A stretch of 20,000 nt of DNA from an uncultured virus (IMG/VR IMGVR_UViG_3300042197_003096) (lineage: Duplodnaviria > Heunggongvirae > Uroviricota > Caudoviricetes): IMG/VR virus record IMGVR_UViG_3300042197_003096; one strand, 5' to 3'. The translations under genes were made by a program, and so were the position numbers. Of the stretch, positions 14,896-20,000 are shown piece after piece. Numbering within the stretch: the stretch's first letter is position 1; each line of letters starts with the position of its first letter. The notes beneath the pieces are model-generated. The model saw nothing but the letters and a program-made list of their open reading frames with translations, did not search any database and was not told where the DNA came from.

Positions 14896-16053
14896 TTAGA
14901 ATTTTCCTTCTCCGAAATCTAGAGTTTGCATTCCTTGTTGGCCCCCTGTTGGTTTACCAGAAGCATATTGATGTTCTGTTTGAACAAACTCCATCCATTT
15001 CCTAGCCAACTCTTTACTTGGGACTCCAAAACTTTTCTTTAAGATCCCCGAAGCTTCAGGGAGTAAAGAATCTATTTTTTCAGAAAACCCTTCAGGTCTA
15101 GAAGATTCTGATACGTGATCTATCACTTTGTTACAAACCTCGATAAATTTAGCTATCCCCGAATCTGTGAACGTGATTTTACCCTCTGTGTTTTTGTAGT
15201 TGGATTTATTAGAAAGAAATGATTCTAGATCTCCTTTAACATCAATTGGTTGGGAGTTTGCTAAAAACTTTTTTGTTATCAGCCCCTTTTGCATTCTTAT
15301 GAACGTTTCGTTTATAAGCTCTGCCTGTTTTTTGGGATCTTTTTCCTCCTGTTTGTAAGTTTCGTACCCTTGGCTAAGTTTGTCCTTTACCTTTCCTCCT
15401 GCTTGTTGCACAGTAGCTGTACAAATCAGACTGTAGATAGTGTTCATCCAAGATTGGTTGTTAGATCCAGACCAAGCGCCAAGCCATTCGTTTTTCCTTT
15501 GGTCCTTTGTACCCATTTGGATGTTTATCACATAACCCTGTGTTTGATTTAGGGTCAATCCAGCCGTTTTATAAAATCCTGTGATACCATCATTTCTTTT
15601 TACCCCGTCTTGGTCGCCGTATTTTCCTGCCAGTCTATAGAGCATAAGGACTCCGTTGTTTGAAGCCTCTATAACCATCTCTTTTCCTGCTACTTCGGAT
15701 TTATTGAGATTTATTTCCCCCTTTTCTTCTATGCTTCTATCGTTAATTTTTAGGATATCCTTACCTGCTGAAACCTTATCACCTTCAACCACCGTCATCG
15801 AATCTTTCTTTTTTTCGGCTAAAGTCATCAGAGGAAATTCTTTTGATAGACCTTTCAAAGAATCTAAGCCGTTTTTAAGAGTGATCTTGTACCTGACGTC
15901 TTTCTTTATGCCCATATCTTTGGCTAATGAATCCGTCACGTCGGACTCGCTAGTACTGGCAGCGATAAAAACCACACCCTCTTTTTTCTCTTCCTGTTCG
16001 AATACGAAATTTTCAAGAATAAATTCGGAGAAATTTAAAATCCTTTTTTCCAT
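14896..16053 (-). CDS. Hypothetical protein, putative virion-internal protein
   Basis: 385 aa; N-terminus MEKRILNFSEFILE; AATATATA at 16077-16070 upstream. Confidence 0.8.
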   Translation of the reverse strand: MEKRILNFSEFILENFVFEQEEKKEGVVFIAASTSESDVTDSLAKDMGIKKDVRYKITLKNGLDSLKGLSKEFPLMTLAEKKKDSMTVVEGDKVSAGKDILKINDRSIEEKGEINLNKSEVAGKEMVIEASNNGVLMLYRLAGKYGDQDGVKRNDGITGFYKTAGLTLNQTQGYVINIQMGTKDQRKNEWLGAWSGSNNQSWMNTIYSLICTATVQQAGGKVKDKLSQGYETYKQEEKDPKKQAELINETFIRMQKGLITKKFLANSQPIDVKGDLESFLSNKSNYKNTEGKITFTDSGIAKFIEVCNKVIDHVSESSRPEGFSEKIDSLLPEASGILKKSFGVPSKELARKWMEFVQTEHQYASGKPTGGQQGMQTLDFGEGKF

Positions 16054-16088
16054 TTTGTTTTATTTTGTTTATATATTTTTAGCTAAGA

Positions 16089-16694
16089 TCAGAACCATTT
16101 ATAGATCATCCCTAGATAACTTTCGAGTAGGTTCCACTTTTCTTTTATTTCGTCTTGGGTTCTAGATTCCGTGAGATAAACTATTGTGTTATTGTCTCTC
16201 CTTGTTTCAAAACCAGGAATCTTAACATCAAAAGCTTGAACATACCCGGAGGAGGGACAAACTCCCAAACACCCTTTCTTTTGATGAGCCATACCTCTTC
16301 CAATAAATTCGTCTTTATTCCAAGGCAAATTAAAATTTTGGTATCTGTAAACCGATTGGTGCTCCGTTTCCGGATCTTGTAGAACTATCCCCTTTCCTTT
16401 AATTCTTGATTCCTGGTCTTTTAATTCGTCCCAAGTCTGAGAATAAAAATCAGGTTCGGCTATGTGTCCTGTGCACGAAGGAGTTGTTGGAATTCCTGCT
16501 TGGTGTAGTCCCTTGACCACATTAACAAATTCAGGATCTAAAGTTTTGTAAAAATTTTCAGATCTAGGTAGGGTGTGAGAAATTCTGGGGACCCCGTTCC
16601 AGTACCATTTTGGTCCATCTTTTTCCTGATACCAAGAAGCATGATGAAATCTAGAATGTGGTATAAAATCTGGGCTTAGGATTCTTGAATCCAT
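16089..16694 (-). CDS. Hypothetical protein with GIPTTPSCTGH motif
   Basis: 201-aa ORF in the minus-strand run. The T-x-x-SC-x-GH motif recalls the Tyw3-like TTSSCxG motif; weak evidence. Confidence 0.7.
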   Translation of the reverse strand: MDSRILSPDFIPHSRFHHASWYQEKDGPKWYWNGVPRISHTLPRSENFYKTLDPEFVNVVKGLHQAGIPTTPSCTGHIAEPDFYSQTWDELKDQESRIKGKGIVLQDPETEHQSVYRYQNFNLPWNKDEFIGRGMAHQKKGCLGVCPSSGYVQAFDVKIPGFETRRDNNTIVYLTESRTQDEIKEKWNLLESYLGMIYKWF

Positions 16695-16697
16695 CGA

Positions 16698-17240
16698 TTA
16701 AGGTTCTATTTCTAATTCGTCAATATTAGGAACAGTGAATTCGATCTCTTCTGTCTCTTCCTCGTGTTCGTCACAATGGGATTTTAAAAAATTGTAAACC
16801 TCTTCCACGTCGTCTTTAGAAGTTGCAATGTGATCAACTGCCCAACCGTGGCCATCGGAAAGCACGTGATCTACCTTGTGGTGATCCATGTCCATGATTT
16901 CTTGGCACATTCTGCACATGTTTTTCACATTTGCGAAGAACATGTAGTTGTCGTGTTCGTTGTGTCCCTCACCTAATCCTACCAGGGTCTTAGCAAGATT
17001 CAATCTTCTGAATTTCTTTAGGTCTGGTTTGCTTAGGCCTTGCACTCCTGGCTCTTCTTTGTCCTTGTCTTTCTTCTTCAATTTAGAAAGCTCGTCTTCG
17101 ATCTTGCTTTTGGTCAGGGTTTCTTCCTGTCCCATGTGAAGCTGCTTCTTTAAGGTCCCTGGTTTTTTAATGGCTCCAGCGATCCATTTATCTGATTTTT
17201 TTTCAGAAAGAAAACTTTCGAATGATTTAATCTCCTTCAT
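16698..17240 (-). CDS. Hypothetical two-module protein, putative virion-internal
   Basis: N-terminus MKEIKSFESFLSE; basic module KWIAGAIKKPGTL...RLNLAKTL; His/acidic module NYMFF...DGHGWAVDHIATSKDDVEEVYNFL; GATATATA at 17260-17253. Confidence 0.8.
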   Translation of the reverse strand: MKEIKSFESFLSEKKSDKWIAGAIKKPGTLKKQLHMGQEETLTKSKIEDELSKLKKKDKDKEEPGVQGLSKPDLKKFRRLNLAKTLVGLGEGHNEHDNYMFFANVKNMCRMCQEIMDMDHHKVDHVLSDGHGWAVDHIATSKDDVEEVYNFLKSHCDEHEEETEEIEFTVPNIDELEIEP

Positions 17241-17264
17241 GTTTTTTTTTCTTATATATCTAAT

Positions 17265-17810
17265 TTATAAACCCAACCTTTTGATGTAGGGAAGTGCTTT
17301 CTTAAATTCTTCGGATCCTATGTTTTTCCATCCCGTTTTTTCTTCTGTCTCTTTCTTTTTACTTTCTGGAAGTAGAGAGTACAATTTCAAAAGAACGTCT
17401 GGAAAATTTAAAAGATACTCCTTCATGATTGTTGCAGGATCAAAAGTTTTTAAGTCAAAAGTGGCATTAATGTCTTCATCATACCATTCCACATCCTCTC
17501 CGGGTTCTTCCCATCCTCTAGCTCCAGCTCTCATGTAAAGGTATAGTCCTCCTTCCAGATCTGCAGATGATGTCAAATCCCAGTCACCTTCCCCTGTGTA
17601 TTCCCAAGAGTCAAAAAAATATATGTTCTGTATTTCACCGTTTGGAAAAATCACCGGCCAATCTCCTTCACCATAAAAATCCGTTGGAAATTGGAGTTTA
17701 AATTTTCCCAGCCAGTCCGAGATAACAGGATCCCTTTCAATTTCTGTGAGTTTTTTTCGGTCCCACTCTTCGTGGTCTTCAAAGATGACAAATTCTTTAA
17801 TGTGCTTCAT
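17265..17810 (-). CDS. Hypothetical protein, putative head-internal protein
   Basis: N-terminus MKHIKEFVIFE; C-terminus KALPYIKRLGL; ATGA-coupled to the upstream gene. Confidence 0.8.
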   Translation of the reverse strand: MKHIKEFVIFEDHEEWDRKKLTEIERDPVISDWLGKFKLQFPTDFYGEGDWPVIFPNGEIQNIYFFDSWEYTGEGDWDLTSSADLEGGLYLYMRAGARGWEEPGEDVEWYDEDINATFDLKTFDPATIMKEYLLNFPDVLLKLYSLLPESKKKETEEKTGWKNIGSEEFKKALPYIKRLGL

Positions 17811-18547
17811 GATTCGAGTTCCTTTTTATATTGCTTAAATCTTCTGTCATAGAATCCGAGAAATTCCTCTAAAGATGCTCCCTCCAGTTCTTTCATTTCA
17901 GAAGAAATAGGTTGTCCGGATTCTTCTTGGTTAACATAGTTAACATAAACACTGAACCAAAGATCCGGAAGCTCGTTGAAGTTTTCAAGATCGAATTCAT
18001 TAGGAAGAGGAGTTAACGAGGAAAGGTATTTTGCAAAAGAACGAGGATCAAAAGTTCCCATCCACCCAATCATTTCTTGAGTCATTGGATCTTTGTGCCA
18101 TCTCAATTCTGCTCTTTTAGCTTCCACTTCTATAGGATCCGTAAGATATATGGCCATAAGTAATCTTTGCCACTGCTCATCTTCAGAGAACACCTCAAAT
18201 TCCCTTGTTATATCAGTTGTAAAGAGATCTAATTCACCATCTCTGACAAACTGTAATACATGGACCAATTCATGAGCTAGGGTGCCTTTGTGTTCATTGT
18301 CTTCCCTCTGTTTTGGTGTTATCAGAATAACTATTTTTGCTTCCGTGGAAGAGAAGGAATCAAACTGGGCATTCGCAGAAATATATGGATCCTCTACAAT
18401 TTCCAGATCTGGATTTTCAGAGATCAATTTTTCTTTTGTCTCCTCCCAGATCGGAAATCCTGCCAGAAGTTCTTCACACGTTTCAACCAGACCTTTTTGT
18501 TCCAATCCAGAAGATTCAAATATTCTAAATGCTTTTAAGTGTCTCAT
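17807..18547 (-). CDS. Putative zincin-like metallopeptidase with CTS-like N-terminus
   Basis: TLAHELVHVLQ (HExxH) plus downstream Y...PIEVEA (third-ligand Glu); N-terminus MRHLKAFRIFES. Confidence 0.7.
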   Translation of the reverse strand: MRHLKAFRIFESSGLEQKGLVETCEELLAGFPIWEETKEKLISENPDLEIVEDPYISANAQFDSFSSTEAKIVILITPKQREDNEHKGTLAHELVHVLQFVRDGELDLFTTDITREFEVFSEDEQWQRLLMAIYLTDPIEVEAKRAELRWHKDPMTQEMIGWMGTFDPRSFAKYLSSLTPLPNEFDLENFNELPDLWFSVYVNYVNQEESGQPISSEMKELEGASLEEFLGFYDRRFKQYKKELES

Positions 18548-18870
18548 ATTTTATTTCTAACTGCAATCACTGCTTTAATAAAGAAAAAAGGGGACAGCAT
18601 TTGCCTAGTTCTTCCGTCTGGATACATGACAATGTATCTGGCTTCCCCCATCTCCCATTCGCTTGTCCAGAATCCTGTTTCTGCGTGTTCTTTAAATCTG
18701 TTTGTTCCTAGTTCCCAATTCAAGGTCAGGATGTATCTCATTTCATCTACGGAGGGAAGTCTCCAGCCACCCTTGAGCCCGTCAATTCTTTTATGAGCAC
18801 CCTGCCAAGTGCTTTCCCCTAGAATTTCTCCTAATACCTCTATTGTCCCGATACTATAGGTGCTTTTCAC
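18544..18870 (-). CDS. DUF1566/Lcl-C-like (C-type lectin fold) small protein
   Basis: TWQGA...GWRLPSVDEM...FWTSE...A...VIAVR pattern; GTG start right after GATATATA (18882-18875). Confidence 0.7.
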   Translation of the reverse strand: MKSTYSIGTIEVLGEILGESTWQGAHKRIDGLKGGWRLPSVDEMRYILTLNWELGTNRFKEHAETGFWTSEWEMGEARYIVMYPDGRTRQMLSPFFFIKAVIAVRNKI

Positions 18871-18895
18871 TCATTATATATCGGAGATTAAATTT

Positions 18896-19354
18896 TTAAG
18901 AATTGGATTCGTTTGACCGCGGCTCTGAAAAAATTCCCTCTTTGATCATTTTATTCAGAAGTCTCTTGTTATCTATTCCTGGGATCTCAGAGTGTTTCCA
19001 AGATATAAATCCTCCAAATCTGACTCCTCCCTCGTTTTCAAATTGGACCCCTGGATCAACACTCGGAACACCGAATATCTCGACTTCTCCAAAATTTTGA
19101 AATTTTACACCTTTGGAAATCACTTTCACATCAGATATAAAAACATCACCGGAGTTGGCGAAAACCGTGCCCGGTGGTAGGTATTTTATCCCACCCAGGT
19201 CCACATATCCCATGTTTCTAAATTCTACACCAGGAGGAATTTCAGAAGTGTAAAAATTAAAAAATTTGTCATGTGATATAATAATCCTATCTCCTATGAT
19301 CGTGTATTCATATCTGAGGTCACTGAGTTCTTGTAGAAAAAATTCTCTTGTCAT
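18896..19354 (-). CDS. 20-aa-repeat (LRR/beta-solenoid-like) protein, diverged paralog
   Basis: Repeats of the form IPPGVEFRNMGYVDL; shares N-terminus (MT.E.F...L....Y.Y.I.GD.I...H) and C-terminus (G.DNKRLLN.MIK) with the next gene. Confidence 0.8.
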   Translation of the reverse strand: MTREFFLQELSDLRYEYTIIGDRIIISHDKFFNFYTSEIPPGVEFRNMGYVDLGGIKYLPPGTVFANSGDVFISDVKVISKGVKFQNFGEVEIFGVPSVDPGVQFENEGGVRFGGFISWKHSEIPGIDNKRLLNKMIKEGIFSEPRSNESNS

Positions 19355-19800
19355 ATAAATAACTCTTTTTTAATCATCAGATTCAACAACCTCTTGTTGT
19401 CGACTCCTTCTATCCTTATTCCTTTATTATCCTCCACCCAACCTAAACCCAAACTAGTCAAAATGACATCCCCACCGTTCTTAAAATGGAAATCAGGAGG
19501 AAGGGTCTGGAGGCTCCTCAAATTGACCAACCCACTATTCTTAAATTGGACACCAGGAGGAAGGGTCTGGAGGCTCCTCAAATTGACCCACCCCTTGTTC
19601 TTAAACTCCACACCAGGAGGAAGGGTCTTGAGGTCCATCAACCAGACATACCCCTTGTTCTTAAACTCCACACCAGGTGGAAGGGTCTGGAGGCTATTCA
19701 AATCGACACCCCCTCGATGTGTCACCAGGATCTTGTCACCCTTGATCTCGTAGGAATATCCTTTCTCTTCTAATACCCCAATAAATTCTTCTTGTGTCAT
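19351..19800 (-). CDS. 20-aa-repeat (LRR-like) protein
   Basis: Four copies of V.L.SLQTLPPGV.FKN.G.; ATG 19800 just after GATATATA (19813-19806). Confidence 0.85.
   Translation of the reverse strand: MTQEEFIGVLEEKGYSYEIKGDKILVTHRGGVDLNSLQTLPPGVEFKNKGYVWLMDLKTLPPGVEFKNKGWVNLRSLQTLPPGVQFKNSGLVNLRSLQTLPPDFHFKNGGDVILTSLGLGWVEDNKGIRIEGVDNKRLLNLMIKKELFI
19471..19710. repeat. Intragenic 60-bp tandem repeat x4
   Basis: AAGGGTCT recurs at 19501, 19561, 19621 and 19681; 19501-19528 is identical to 19561-19588 and 19591-19617 is identical to 19651-19677. Confidence 0.95.
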
Positions 19801-19824
19801 ACTCTTATATATCATTTAGATACC

Positions 19825-19915
19825 CGCCTCATCCCCGAGGCAACACTCGCCCCGTCGCCCCGTTTTTCACTACCCAATTTCGCCTCATTTTTCCATTTCG
19901 CCTCGCCTCCGCCTC
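19825..19915. repeat. Cluster of CGCC(T/C)C hexamers in non-coding DNA
   Basis: CGCCTC at 19825, 19881, 19899, 19904 and 19910; CGCCCC at 19848 and 19856; all on one strand in an ORF-free, C-rich tract. Confidence 0.75.
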
Positions 19916-20000
19916 ATTATCTTAGCTAAAACCACAACAAAACGCGGAATAGAAAAATCTCTATTTAGTCCCCATTTTTCCCACAAAATCACCAAAATAA

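Noticed and set aside
15289..16382. Plus-strand ORFs antisense to the minus-strand genes (and similar shadow ORFs elsewhere)
   Set aside because: They fully overlap better-supported genes and have the Ser/Phe/Leu-rich composition typical of antisense frames.
18544..18870. DGR target (C-type lectin fold)
   Set aside because: No template repeat copy or reverse transcriptase is visible in the window; cannot be supported here.
19471..19710. CRISPR-like array
   Set aside because: The period is exactly 60 nt, in frame within a protein, with no unique spacers and no cas genes.
1..20000. Stop-codon reassignment as in some jumbo phages
   Set aside because: Genes are intact and tightly packed under the standard code; TAA, TGA and TAG all occur as apparent stops.

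Overview
AT-rich, densely coding window from a large T4-like/jumbo myophage genome using the standard genetic code. The host is probably in Bacteroidota (TAnnTTTG promoters, Gly resume codon in the tmRNA, Q-rule signal peptide, A-rich SD-poor start regions). The left part is a replication block: topoisomerase II A-subunit, sliding clamp and the C-terminal half of a split family-B polymerase. A translation-rescue/RNA-repair neighbourhood follows: DEDDh exonuclease, P-loop kinase, a ClpP with an insertion directly abutting a ~475-nt tmRNA with an unusually long 27-codon tag, a minimal Pth2, and an HD phosphohydrolase overlapping an Rnl1 RNA ligase. Three candidate promoter classes can be read from the DNA: host-like TAnnTTTG, GAAACTT-N16-TATAAW, and (G/A)ATATATA. 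The (G/A)ATATATA genes, mostly on the minus strand, encode otherwise unrelated proteins sharing an N-terminal peptide resembling the T4 capsid-targeting sequence. Three of them also share a C-terminal K[AG]xxx[MI]xR[LF]Gx tail. The window ends with two paralogous 20-aa-repeat proteins and a non-coding CGCCTC-rich tract. Family calls come from motif recognition only; no searches were run.
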